In this document: in pieces, positions 12,590-25,218 of the stretch
Layout: each line of letters begins with the position of its first letter
How positions within the stretch are numbered: position 1 is the stretch's first letter
NCBI RefSeq assembly: GCF_001194135.2
Contig: NC_068981.1
Span: 139,569,793 to 139,617,356 of the forward strand
Source of the DNA: Octopus bimaculoides
Taxonomy: Eukaryota
DNA length: 47,564 bases
Direction of reading: 5' to 3'
The notes under the pieces: model-generated
The model's input: only the letters and a program-made list of their open reading frames with translations
Told to the model about the DNA's origin: nothing
The model's database searches: none
Program-made: the position numbers and the translations under genes

Positions 12590-12761
12590 ATGTGTATGTA
12601 TGTGTGTATGTATGTTTGTATGTATATATGGCTTTTATATGTAAGTATATGTATATTTACATATAAATACACATGTATATGTATGTAAATATATCTATAC
12701 ATACACACACAGACACACATTATATATATATATATATATATACACACATTTGTGTGTTGTG

Positions 12762-12797
<36 letters not shown>

Positions 12798-12815
12798 GTG
12801 TGTGTGTGTGTGCGC
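12590..12815. repeat. Compound (TATG)n/(TA)n/(TG)n microsatellite region
   Basis: Directly visible. Confidence 0.9.
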
Positions 12816-13665
12816 GTGAATATAAAATAACAAAAAGTTCGACCGTTTACAAGCGCTTTCTTAGATAATATATCTTTCTTTTAACTGACTAAACACCAAC
12901 AATGATATCTTGAGGCGAAATATATAGTTCGTTGTCTGTCTGAAATAGAAAACTATTTGTTAACCTTTTTGACTACCGATCGTGAAGAGAGAGTGCCACG
13001 CTTTCGCACCATTCGTAGCAACTAGTAGCAATTAACTCGATGATTTTCATGATTTGATGCACCGAATGATATACTCTCCTTGACATATTTTATAATTATA
13101 TTTGAGTAGAATCTGAGAAGTATCCGCAACAATATTAAAATAAGTTGAAAGCAACATTTTAAAATGGAGTCTAGAATGTTTAATTTGACATTCAAACCAA
13201 GAAAAATTAATCAGCACAGATACAAAGAACATTATGTGAAGCAGCACCAAAATGGTAACTGAAGTCGATACAAAGATCAGAATTATAATTTTTGTTTTTA
13301 AGAACGAAATTCTTTTTCATTTAATGGCTCTGTTTCATTATTTCTTTTCATAATTTACATAATTTACATTGTCTTTTTCGTAATTTCTTTTCGGAATCTA
13401 TATTTTTTGTTCAAATTGTTCTTTTTTTTATAGTTTATTATAATTTTAAAAATTTTAGTGATGAAAGATTTGAATGTAGCATGACGACACATTAACAAAG
13501 TTACCGTACAACATTTCCAGTTCTCATACTTTTCTAAAAAGTCCGCGAGTCAAGAATAAGCTTCTATGCAATCACACAACCTGAAAGAAATAGCAGTCAA
13601 ATTTCGCTCAATTGAAATTTTACTGTTTTAACAAATACAGCAACAAAAAAAAAAAAGGAAGTAAA

Positions 13666-13835
13666 TTCTTTCTTACTCTAGGCCCGAAATTTTGGAGGAG
13701 GGGTCCAGTCAATTAGATCGACCTCAGTACGCAACTGATACTTAATTTATCGACCCCAAATAGATGAAAGGCATAGTCGACCTCGGCAGAATTTGAATTC
13801 AGAACGTAAAGACAAATGAAATACCCCTAAGCATT
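13666..13835 (-). mobile_element. SINE family A copy lacking its 5' head
   Basis: Shares aggcccgaaattt...tagatcgacc...tacttaatttatcgaccc...gtcgacctcggcagaatttgaa..cagaacgtaa with the reverse complement of the copy at 31552. Confidence 0.8.
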
Positions 13836-14466
13836 GATTAATTGATACAAATCCACCATAGCACTGGAGCTTATTTTACCATTATATATTGTTTCAACTG
13901 TAACCACGACAGTTAATATAATTGCTATTGTCATTACTGCTACAGTCAGCACTTGACTTTTCATGCTAATACTGTTGACACCATGACTTTGACCACTGCA
14001 GCTATCAGATCGAGAAGAGCTGCTGCTGTCATAAAAGTACTATGTGACATAGTAACTTTCTAGACTGCTATAATGAATGACTAATTTGATTTAGTATATC
14101 TAATTGTGTCTTTTTATTTATGTTCTTATAATGTTTTAAAAACTGAAATCGGTAGTATCTTTTCATAAACCCATAAACGCTTTTGGTTTTGATAAAATCT
14201 CCTAAGCTTTTCCCCACTAACTTTTTATGTATACATACATACATGCATGCATACATTCATACATACACAAACTGCCTACGTACAAATATACAAACATATA
14301 TACCAACATACATGCACATATATAAATGTTTCATTTGTGCATATATGCACCTGATGACAACGTTTTTTCTTCGCATGATGTAATAATTCTATTCATCATT
14401 CAAAAACACGTCTGAGGCAGCTGTAGTGAGTGAGACACAATCCATTTCTTATTATTTGTTTATTTG

Positions 14467-14504
<38 letters not shown>

Positions 14505-14769
14505 ATGGTCCAACAGTAAGTGTAAAAGTTTAATTCGCTCATGTTTGGTTAACGCCACCCTTGTATCTAAGCCGACTCTATTCTCATATCTAGTAAAACA
14601 AGCCGATTAGGTGTATATTATATAATTTAGACAACTCAATTTTTCTTCATTCTTTTGAGATGGGAAAGCCAGTAAATGTTTAGTGGTACATAATCTTTTG
14701 TAGCAAAGCATGCAAGGCTCCTACCCGTATAATAAGCTGAATAATACTGTTGGTCGATATAATTTGAAA

Positions 14770-15110
14770 TTTAATTAGACCGTGACGCGTGTGATATACC
14801 ATAGTCCTTCTCGCAATCTTCGGAATGCCAAGATGGCCTTGCTCACACGGCAAAATAATTTGTCATTGCTAGAGCTTTCCATCGCTAATGTTTTTATTCT
14901 ACAGACACTATTTTGATGCTTATGGATTAAGGTTGGGCCATTTGGTTCCCATTAATAGCCAGTTCATAGAGAACTGTCATCTTCTGGATGATGTTACTAT
15001 GTAGGTGAAACTTTGTAGTAGCACGGGCAGAAAGTATCAACGAGGCTCTGCTTGTCCATTGCGATACTGCACAAACTTCATTGCATATTTCTCTCACTAC
15101 TTTCAATATA
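14770..15110 (-). mobile_element. Highly degenerate RTE LINE RT/thumb fragment
   Basis: Minus-strand frames give IESSERNMQ, LAINGNQM and RVSKAILAFRRLREGLW. These resemble the RTE segments HSExDMQ, ITVNG and RIxKASxAFGRL...VW. Confidence 0.5.
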
Positions 15111-15491
15111 GCCATCTACACAAGTTCGTACCTACCTACCTACCTACCTATATACCTACCTACCTACCTACTTACCTGCCGATTTGCATACATACATGCA
15201 TATATGTACGCATTCATACACATGAATATAGAGACATGTATGTGAGTTTTGTTGTGTTGTATTTGTATGTTATCTGATTGTTTAATGGAAGAATAACTCC
15301 AAGCATTGATGGAAAAGTCAATACGTAGTATTTAGGTTAATTACACAATGAATATAAATATAATTAAAACATTTATATTTTTGCACTTAATCGTGTACTC
15401 AACATAGCATAATGTGTTCGAGAAGAGAGAAGTAAATGTGTAGATACTACATACATATGCGTATGCGTGTGTGTTTGCATATGTATGTAAG

Positions 15492-15536
<45 letters not shown>

Positions 15537-16729
15537 NNNNNNNNNNNNNNNNNNNNNNNNNNNNNNNNNNNNNNNNNNNNNNNNNNNNNNNNNNNNNNNN
15601 NNNNNNNNNNNNNNNNNNNNNNNNNNNNNNNNNNNNNNNNNNNNNNNNNNNNNNNNNNNNNNNNNNNNNNNNNNNNNNNNNNNNNNNNNNNNNNNNNNNN
15701 NNNNNNNNNNNNNNNNNNNNNNNNNNNNNNNNNNNNNNNNNNNNNNNNNNNNNNNNNNNNNNNNNNNNNNNNNNNNNNNNNNNNNNNNNNNNNNNNNNNN
15801 NNNATATATATACTTCTTTGGCTTAACTAAACTTAACTAATCATTAATCTACGTTTCGATCTTCAGATAACGTAAAAAGTTTGAGTTTACTTCCGGTATC
15901 GTTTCTGCAGACGGGATGCGAAACCGGTAGTAAGGCTTACTGAAATACTAAGCTCGTAATAAATAAATGTGATAAAATACTATTTCTCATGATTTGTACC
16001 CAAGCATAATTATACACACACACACGTGTGAGTATGTGTATTTAAGCCTCGTAATGCATGTATGCTTATATGTATGTATCTTTCTGCATGCATTTTGCCA
16101 TCTTAGTTATTTGATATTCTGAAATGACTAAGGAGAGGGAACATCACGTTCAGCAATAAGCTATCTACACAAAAATCTCCAATTCACAATTTTAGTGTCA
16201 ATATGATATTTCCTCAGATTTGTAGTACCCCACCACCTTTAGCTGATAACTTTATATGCTAAACCCATCAGAAAACTGGCAGGAAATGGTGAAATTTATG
16301 TGTATGTTCGATAGATTTTCTATAATGATAATAAATATTTATTTTCGCAAGTGCTAAGTGATGGCTGCAGTTTTGATTTCTTTACTTGTTTTAAATCGAT
16401 CAATCCAAAGAGAAGATGGGTTCCACTATTACAAAGTATTAGCAACTTTCTGATTTAATTTATCTATAGGATGATAAGTCTAGTTTAATAAAGATCTGCA
16501 GAGTGCTACTTTGATAAAAGGAGCATGTGAGGCGAATAGTGGCGCGGTAAATGGTTTATAAATTATATATTTTCCTGGATTCTAGCATGAATTCATGATA
16601 TATATGTAAGCATATATACATAAATACATACATGCATACACACGAATATGTGCGCGCGCGTACACTTATGTGAAGACTAAAATATTTATATATTCATATA
16701 TATGTATATATGTATATAAATACACACAC

Positions 16730-16803
16730 ATGTACATATCTATCTATCTATCTATCTATACATACATACATACATACATACATACATACATACATACATA
16801 CAT
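16730..16803. repeat. (CTAT)n/(ACAT)n tetranucleotide microsatellite
   Basis: Directly visible. Confidence 0.9.
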
Positions 16804-17417
16804 AGTTTACTGTTCCGTCAAGGTGAGATCAAGAGAAAATGTATTCCATCCAGTCATGGGTCCAAGAACAGGGGGTGCCGGGGTGCAAGCCCATCGCCTA
16901 AAATCTTTTGGCGGTGCAAAATCAAAATTTGCGCTCCTACTTACATCTCTCAGATTTAGAAAACTGTACAAAAAGTGATCTGTAAAAAGTAACTTGAAGT
17001 TAGGTTAGGGTATTGATAGAAATATAACAATATATATATACGATAGGCTTCTTTCAGTTTCCATCTACTAAATCCACTCAGAATCCACTCAGAAGATCTT
17101 ACCTAAGGTGCCGCGCAGGGTAATGAAACTGGAACTGTGTGGTTGGGAAGAAAGCTTTGTACCAGACAGCCACTTCCATACATATATACACACACTATTA
17201 TACCTTTGAGAATGTTTGTGCATATGCATATGCGTATGCGTATGTGTGTGTGTGTGCGTGCGTGTATGTAAGCGTATGCGAACGTGTTTGATTTTGTTTG
17301 GAGTCACTGCTAGGATGCTGGTTGTCTCACTCCGGCATATAATGTGTTTTTGACACACCACGTCCATCAAGAGATTTTCTCTCTATCAAAAAACTCCGCA
17401 TCGTTCCTGTAGACGTT

Positions 17418-17490
17418 GTATACACGTTAAGCATGTATATACGTTAAGAATGGTAGTATATACGTTAAGCAAGGTGTATAGATAGTTACG
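17418..17490. repeat. Minisatellite, about 3.5 copies of a 17-21 bp unit (gtatatacgttaagca..)
   Basis: Units are gtatacacgttaagcat, gtatatacgttaagaatggta, gtatatacgttaagcaaggt and gtatagatagttacg. Confidence 0.65.
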
Positions 17491-17972
17491 ATAGTTCAAC
17501 ATACACCGAGGACATCCCACATTACTAGTGATATGTATTGTTCACTGTTTTCGCTATATGTAGGAACAGGGAATCAGATTTCGACTGTGCATGTGACTCG
17601 ATATTCTTATGTTTTGAAAACAATAAATTTCTTTTTTTTTTTTATACAAAGTTCACAATTTTTATTTGTAGTTTTCAAATCTTGGTGTCAAAACAACAAA
17701 CTTTTCCAAATTAAGTTCACAATTTTTGGAGGAGTGATACCTCAAAAACACACTTCTCACCGCTAAGTGAGACTTTAAGCACAACCACAGGCAGAAAAAT
17801 GCGTAGAACTTAGTGGAGATTTCTTGTTCGATATAAATATAAATAAACACGAGCAACAAACCCCCACTAAATCCAAAACAACACAAAGGTCTTACCTGTA
17901 GTTGTGCGTCAAAAATTCACGACACTGGCATTACAGCGACGTGACAGCAGCAGCGACGAAAAACACGTCCAC

Positions 17973-18013
17973 TCGGTAAGCAAGCTACTTACCACACAGC
18001 TACTCCTGCGCCT
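17973..18013 (-). mobile_element. Isolated 41-bp tRNA-like head of SINE family B
   Basis: The reverse complement aggcgcaggagtagctgtgtggtaagtagcttgcttaccga matches the start of the copy at 34047 (gctgtgtgataagtagattgc). Similarity stops abruptly. Confidence 0.6.
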
Positions 18014-18534
18014 AATGTAAAAGATTTTTAAAGAAGAGAATATTTTATGAGATAAACTGATATGTTGCTCTGACTTAGAATGTCCTTGGTCTTATGTCTG
18101 CTGGATCAGCTGATGAAAAATTAAAAAAAATATTGAATTGATATTCTTGGTTTCTACTTTGTTGTTTTTTTTTCGTATTCAATCTTGACTAATGCGACGT
18201 ATAATCAAAGGCGTTCCACTTTTTATTAAATGTAAGTTGTTCTACGTTAATTCATGTTTTTTTTTTGTTCAGTAGACTTCAGTGGTGGTAATAAAAGGAA
18301 ATCTGAAGCGAGTCAAATGGTCACCGAGAATTTTCCTCAAGCAGAACTTATTTAATATCGATTTGAATTAAACTAGGTGGCGAATGTGCATGAAGCAAAA
18401 AAAACACAAAAAAAACACACAAGTTGCACAATAACTTAAAGTAAGAATATGTGATTTTCACAAACACATACTTCTGACAGAAAACAAATGGATAAGTTGT
18501 TAACTTGTCGAAAGCGCGTAATTGGTCACTCACC

Positions 18535-18537
<3 letters not shown>

Positions 18538-18571
<34 letters not shown>

Positions 18572-18575
18572 TGAG

Positions 18576-18648
<73 letters not shown>
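18538..18648. repeat. (TG)n/(CA)n/(TA)n/(GA)n compound microsatellite with back-to-back TG and CA runs
   Basis: Directly visible. Confidence 0.95.
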
Positions 18649-19041
18649 AAACAGAATTTGAGGATAAATTTGCGTGAATACTCACGAAAGATCTACATCA
18701 AATTTTAAGCTATATTCAAATAATTTCAAGGTAAAATAACAATATTCTTCACTGCCTCACACAGACTCATACACCCTCATACGTACACACATATGTTTAT
18801 GTTGATGTATTTCAACATGTTACACCCTCCTCTTCTCTCTGTATATGTATGTATATACATATTATATATATATAATTCAATTGAAGAAATTGGAGTCAAG
18901 TAAAAGGAGTACGGTGGGACATTTATTTATCATTCGCTATAATTGTTTCAACGCTACGTAGTTCTATAAGAATACCGACATTTGATTATGAAACAGTTTC
19001 TTTACATAATGAGATCCAGTTGCGTCTCCTCAGGTGATATA

Positions 19042-19261
19042 CGAGTGCTGTCTCCGTTAGTTTAAAATCGTCGACTTCAAGGTCATCTTCTCTGTTTGTC
19101 GTGGTTTGAAATTAGTAGAAGCTGAAGGACCCATGGTGCGTTCCATGAGAGCCCGTTTGTTGGACTGCTATGAATGGTAGTAGATGGTACTGGCTAGAAT
19201 TTAAGTGGGAATGGTCTTCTATTTGAAGTCGAGGATTTTAAACTAACTGAGACAGCACTCG
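19042..19261. mobile_element. Mariner-derived MITE, 220 bp, ~39-bp TIRs, TA target duplication
   Basis: The left end cgagtgctgtctccgttagtttaaaatcgtcgacttcaa and the reverse complement of the right end cgagtgctgtctcagttagtttaaaatcctcgacttcaa differ at 2 positions. TA lies on both sides. The TA-CGAG terminus matches the mariner at 9857. Confidence 0.85.
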
Positions 19262-21175
19262 TATATCGGCTGTGGAAACAAGACTAGATCTCATTATACA
19301 AACAAACAGCTGGATAATTAAATGCCTGTATCCTTGGAGAACTACGTCGCGTCGAAACAACTGTAGCGAATAATGAACAAATGTCTAACCGTACTCCTTC
19401 TTGACTCCAATGTCTTCAATTTTATATTCATACATGACGAATCCCTAAATTTAAACTTGGAAGTATATAATATTACTACCGATACTACTGGGTAATTCTG
19501 AAGGTGGACGAGCTCTATACTGTACTCTATCGGGTCCTTAACAGTATACAACATAGCTATCTATCTATCTATCTATCTATATATATATACATACATACAT
19601 ACATAGATATATACATATATAGAGGAATGCATACATACCTAAACAACCATCACCTTCTGATATCCCAAGCCACCGTGTTAAAAAGATTCTGCATAAAGTA
19701 TTCCTAGATACAACATATCTGCAAAAATGATCGGTCTGGCCGGATGTTTGTTCAAAATTCTCCTCTATGAGAGATGTAGCGGTGCTTAACAGAACTTACA
19801 AATGAGATCATAGGAACGATTTATTGTACGGTTTTAGCATATGAGTAATTTTATTCTACTATAGGCTTGGACTGAATTAAAATTGGGTGTGAAATTCGGT
19901 GGAGAGGTCTGCTGATGATCTTCGGTCGTATACTTAAACAGTTTAAGACAAGTATTTAGCCAGCCATTGGTAGTAATATTGCAAACATTCGATCCTTGTA
20001 GCTCTACTCCAGCTCGTTTTAGAGACCCTAAAATGGAGCCATCTTTCATTCAGCTGTGTATGTTAAAATCAAGCAGTGTAGTAAGATTGATTGGTTAGAG
20101 CACAGGATACACAGACACACATACAGAGTGAAAATAAGCGATGGAATGTGGGAAGGGCAGCAAAAGGGGGAGACAGATGCAGTAGAAGAGAAACAGGGTG
20201 TGTCTAGAGAGAAACTGAGAGTAGAAGGAGATGCAGGAGAAACAAAAAACTAAACGCCAACCAGACAGAATAACTATAGGAACAACATAATCTATAACAC
20301 TGAAACAAATACATATTATTGTATTACAGAACATATTCTTTAAGACAATAAAACAGACAACGCAAAACTTAAAACAAAAACAAGAAACAAAGCAAAAGTT
20401 GTAAGAAGAATGGAGATACATAATGACAAATATTGATCAAATAAATTTTTGGTGAGTAACGAGACTAACAAAGCTTGGTAGTAAAACTAAAGAAATAGTG
20501 TGTGTGTGTGTGTGTGTATGTATGTATATACGTATGTGTGTGTGTGTGTGTGGGGGGATATATGGAAAAGTTACACACAAATGAAAAGAATAAGATTTTG
20601 AAACACGAAGAAAAATGTACAAAAGCGTACATAAAGTTAAAACAGCAAAACTTGTGCCTGAAAAGGCATAAAAGTATAAAGCAATAGATCAACAATAGAA
20701 AAAGTATACACTTAACAGAAATAAAGAAATGGATGAAAATATACTGTACATGTGTACATTTTCTGTGAATTTCCAACCACCACATTTACTATATATAGTT
20801 TGGATTTGGGAAAATATGGCACCATTACATGCCGGAGAAAGAAAAAAATCCTTCTACAAAGGAAAAGTTACCTAAAACACGAAAGAGCAAAGATTCCCAT
20901 AGCAGAAACAAAAATAATAATAATAATAATAAAAAAAATGCCTTTCTTTTTTTCGTGCGTAAATGTCTATCTGTCTATCATTTTTGAAAGAATTATTTCT
21001 CCTTTCTTGTTTGGATATTTGCTGGCCAAAGAAGTGGTTTCCTTCCAGCTGCCCTGCCATAGTAGCCAAGTTGTTGTGACACTTCCCAGACGTACACCGA
21101 TTCATTTGGAGCAGTCCTGCAAAAGTAGCTGCTTTACAAGGAGATTGCTTACAAAAATCCACTTGACGCCTGCCC

Positions 21176-21850
21176 GGTGGCGTGGCTTAGTGGTTAGGGT
21201 GTTATACTCAAGATCGCAAGATTGTCGTTTCGACTCCTGGACTGGGCGTCGCGTAGTGTTCTAGAGCGAACACTTCACGTCACGTTGCTCCAGTCCACTA
21301 CGCTGGCAAAACTGAGTATCCTGCGACGGACTTGCGTCACGCCCAGGTGGGGAATTTATACACCATGGGAGCCTTATGGGTGCGCAACAGGGCCGATTAA
21401 GACCCATCGAGGTCCTAAGCACTTAAAAGATTTTGATGCCCCTATAAAAGATAATGGAATTCAAAATATAAAGAATAACAAACCATAAACTAAAACCTTT
21501 AATTTTTCAAAACGAAACAAAACAGCAAGAGGGAAAATAATGTTCATTTTTGCATACTTCCACTTTATTTATATTTGAAAAGTTCCCTCCTACATTTTTG
21601 AATTGCGAAGTCTTTGATCACATCCTCAAAATTAATCTTAGGCAAGACAACTGCATCTATACTTAGTAGAGATAAAGGCATCCCAAATATTATTTTAGCA
21701 AGTTTAAAGTGATTTCTTTTGTGCTCTAAACCATTTACAATTTCTGTGGTGCTCCTCTTTCCCTTGATGCCCTAAGCACGTGCTTATTGAGCTTAATGGT
21801 TGATCCAGCGCTGGTTGGCATGATACGAGAAGGTAACTTTATCTTCAACT
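21176..21850 (+). mobile_element. tRNA-derived SINE family C, split by a MITE at 21388-21813
   Basis: The head ggtggcgtggcttagtggttaggg...gtttcgactcctgg has A and B boxes. The body contains cacttcacgtcacgttgctccagtccact. A probable tail resumes after 21813 (gcatgatacgagaaggtaactttatcttcaacttta). Confidence 0.65.
21388..21813. mobile_element. Non-autonomous DNA transposon (MITE-like) with CAG..CTG termini
   Basis: The left end is cagggccgattaa and the reverse complement of the right end is cagcgctggatcaa. The subterminal motif cctaagcac occurs near both ends around an AT-rich core. Confidence 0.55.
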
Positions 21851-21854
21851 TTAC

Positions 21855-22140
21855 CTGTTTATTCCTTTCCTCTGCTGGTGAATTGTAAAATAACTCTGTT
21901 GATTGTGGCAAGAGGAATTTCTAAGGTTTCGTGCAATCTTACGCTGGCTAAGTCCGCCCTCAAACTGACCCACGGCACAACCTCTTGGAAAATGAGAAAA
22001 ATTCTTTTGTGTCAGATGCTCTCAGTATGGTTGATCCCTCTAAACTATTAATATACTGTAGGCTGAAATGAAAAGTTATATATTAACAAGTATGAAACAC
22101 CAGATAGTGACAGCACAGTTAAATGAGTATGAGGAGTATC
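21855..22140 (-). mobile_element. Tc1-like transposon 5' fragment (N-terminal HTH)
   Basis: Minus-strand translation with frameshifts gives RASDTKE..FPRGCAVGQFEGGLSQRKIARNL and EIPLATINRVILQFTSRGKE. This is typical of the paired-like HTH of Tc1 transposases. Confidence 0.6.
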
Positions 22141-22159
22141 TATTTATTATCGAGATAAG

Positions 22160-22272
22160 ATTATTCCCAACCACATGGATTCGGGTTCAGTCTCACTGCG
22201 TGGCACCTTGGGCAGATGAACCAAAGTCTTGTGAGAGGATTTAGTAGATGGAAACTGGAACAAGCCCATCGT

Positions 22273-22307
<35 letters not shown>

Positions 22308-22555
22308 TATATTTGTGTGTGTGTGTGTGTACTTGTCCCCNNNNNNNNNNNNNNNNNNNNNNNNNNNNNNNNNNNNNNNNNNNNNNNNNNNNNNNNNNNN
22401 NNNNNNNNNNNNNNNNNNCCTACCCTTTCGGCAAAAAGACCGATACAATAAGTACTAGGCTTACAAAGAATAAGACATGCGGTCGATTTCTTCGACTAAC
22501 ATCCTTTAAGGCGGTACTCCAGCATGACCGCAGCCAAATGATTGAAACAATAAAA

Positions 22556-22560
<5 letters not shown>
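22160..22560 (+). mobile_element. SINE family B with internal (TA)n(TG)n microsatellite
   Basis: The copy reads caaccacatggattcgggttcagtctcactgcgtggcaccttgggca, then the microsatellite, then the gap at 22341-22418. It ends gaccgatacaataagtactaggcttacaaagaataag...aaggcggtactccagcatgaccgcagcc..tgaaacaataaaagaata. Confidence 0.85.
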
Positions 22561-22592
<32 letters not shown>

Positions 22593-22594
22593 CA

Positions 22595-22626
<32 letters not shown>

Positions 22627-22845
22627 CATATATATATATACAAATATTCCCATATAGTTATGTTTAGGTGCATATATGTACATATGCACCCACACATAAC
22701 ACCAGGACATTCCACAAGTATTCTTTTGTATTATTTGTGGCTTATGTATGTATGCATGTATATGTTTAGATTCGTATGCTTTGTTTTATTTTTGTATTCT
22801 CGTGCATATAGTTGCATATCTAGACATGTATTTATGTATGTATGC

Positions 22846-22881
<36 letters not shown>

Positions 22882-24074
22882 TATGAATTGATGCGCATAA
22901 ACATATGTATTTAATCATATATATATGGTTCCATATGCGTGTGTACATGTATATATGTGTACCCATATATACATACGTAACTATGTTTTTGTAAAACACC
23001 TATGCAACTGAATGCCTCATCAGACATACATATTCGTACATAGACAATGAGATAACAAAAGAAAATTTCGAATATTTAAGAAAAAAGACTAAGTAAAAAA
23101 ACAACAACAAAACAATGAAATATTTGGTATAGATTCCTGAAAACAAAACAAATAGCTGGGTGGGGTAGGCCAGTTTTGCAATGAAATTATTTTAGAAGTA
23201 GAATTTGAAGTAGAGAAAAGAACGACTATTAATGAAGCTGTAGAAATGCAGGAAAAAAATAGATGAAATATTGTTGCGTAAACTATGTTGAATTTTGCTT
23301 TTGTTTTCGCATAATGTCTCTTATCGTTAGGTTTGTCAGAGATTCGAGGTTTTAACAATTCTCTTGCTAAACGACGAACAGAGCAGAACATATAAACAAT
23401 AAAAAGAAAGAATTATTTATATATCTATAAATAAAATTGGGTTAAAGAACAGAAAACCATAAAGATGGTAATAAATTTTATTGGAAGAAATGTTTTCTGT
23501 GAACATTTTAATACTTTTGTCTTTGTGATTGAAAAAATATTGGAAAAACAGAAAAAAAATCAAGCACTGACAATTTTGCTTTGAAAATGCTGAGAAGTCT
23601 AACAAGAAAATAGGTAAGTTTCTATAAGCAAAAACATATACAAAAACACACCAAAAGATGAAAACCTCAGAAATTTTCTTCGATACAAGAATGAGGATTT
23701 ATTAAAGAAGGCTGTTGTTATTAATCGAAACTTGGATTTCAAGTGTATTCATATTGTTAAAAGTTAGAAAAGGACGAGTTTAAAAAAATAAAAGAAGCAG
23801 AATCCTCCAGATGAAAGCCAGATTTGATACTTCTTTGCATTATCAGCACGTCTGCAGTTAAATATTTTGCAACATCTGGATTCGCTCGTGTCATGTTATT
23901 GCCAGAAAACGTTTGCAAATTTCTTAAAGTATCTAATAGCTTATCTCTCATTTTTGTGTCAAAGTCTACCTTGCAATCTATGACTACATGCAAGCTAAAA
24001 AGTTGCCACAAAATTATTGGAGCAGAGCAAATTAAGCCACCTTTATTATATGTACTTGTGTTTCTAATAAATTT

Positions 24075-24225
24075 AATATTCTTTCTAATTATTGTACAAG
24101 GCCAGCAATTGTAGGAGAAGGGTTTAGTCGATTAAATCCACACTGATACTTGACTAAGTACTTATTTTATCGACTCCGAAAGGATGAAACGAAAAGTTGA
24201 CGGCGACGGTAAATTGAACCCACGG
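24075..24225 (-). mobile_element. Diverged SINE family A copy
   Basis: Contains acaaggccagcaatt...agtcgatta...tacttattttatcgactccgaaaggatgaaa. Confidence 0.55.
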
Positions 24226-24399
24226 ATTCCACCAACTTCCCCAGCGTTTTCTTTCTGTTAGATTTAAGTACTATAATTCCAGAGTGTTGTGAAAACAAAC
24301 AAACGTGTGTGCATTCTGCGTTAAATGGAAAAACGTAAACGAGTGAAAATTGTGTATATAATGATTATAAGCTTGAAGCTGATAAGCATTCACCATGTA

Positions 24400-25110
24400 T
24401 TGGCTATAGAAAATTGTGCCTTACCATCCCAGATCAGATGGACAGGCAGAGCGTTTTGTGGACACTTTCAAAAGAGGTTTGAGAAAAGCAAACAAGGAAG
24501 TCACAGATGAAGTCACTCTGCAGCAATTCCTAAGGGTATACAGGGTGACACCGAACCCCAATACACCAGCAGGAAGCCCACCAGCAGGAAACTCACCAGC
24601 AGGAAACTCACCAGCAGAACTAATGTTCGCCAAGAATGTGAAACCAGTTTTTGATAAACTGGTACCTAGCGAGGAAAGAAAAAGTGCCAGGGAAGACATA
24701 TGTAAATTTTTCAAAATCCATAAGGTGTGCATGAGGTCGTATAAAAACGGAAGACACGACTGGGAAGAAGGCCAAATTACAAAGCACATAGGAAAAATTA
24801 TGTACAGGTTAAAAAGCAAAAAGGTATTGACAAAAGAGACAGAAACCAGTTAAAGAAGAAATTCGTAAAAAATGAGCCAGATAGATTAGAAAAACATATG
24901 GAATTCCTGTGTGACACATTCCAGGTACCAACACCGTTACAGGTGGTTGAATCCACACTTACGAGTGGAAGAAAAGGGAAGAACATAGAGTTCCTACAAA
25001 TAAACACCCAAAAGAAAAAAATATTAAGCTGAAAAAAAAAAAGAGGAGGGGTGAATGAAGTAAAATAAAATTACTTGTTTCCCAAACAAAAAAAGAAACC
25101 AAAAGGGAGG
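24400..25110 (+). mobile_element. Gypsy/Ty3 LTR retrotransposon: integrase C-terminal half, 3' UTR and polypurine tract
   Basis: ORF 24416-24853 reads PYHPRSDGQAERFVDTFKRGL...LQQFLRVYRVTPN...SPAELMF, with the catalytic E in the AERF motif. The downstream segment WEEGQI..IGKIMY resembles the integrase C-terminal SH3-like domain. Purine tracts are aagaggagggg (~25041) and aaaagggagg (25101-25110). Confidence 0.85.
24565..24619 (+). repeat. In-frame 15-bp tandem repeat (3.7 copies) inside the integrase
   Basis: accagcaggaagccc accagcaggaaactc accagcaggaaactc accagcagaa encodes PAGSP PAGNS PAGNS PAE. Confidence 0.9.
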
Positions 25111-25218
25111 CGTAGTGAACATTGGTACACTCCTTCTCACGTGACAAGTGGTATGACTCGGCCACTCTAAAGTGAGGCAGTCAGCCGTTGTGAGAAGTCG
25201 GTCAGTAGTAGTAGAGTT

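Noticed and set aside
20240-20460. Penelope GIY-YIG endonuclease relic (NIIYNTETNTYYCITEH)
   Set aside because: The resemblance is faint in low-complexity A-rich sequence with several stops, and the key motifs are not recoverable.
23757-24114. Host exon or hAT dimerisation-domain relic in overlapping ORFs 23757-24011(-) and 23824-24114(+)
   Set aside because: There are no convincing paired splice sites. The LLPENV similarity to hAT C-termini is too weak to support.
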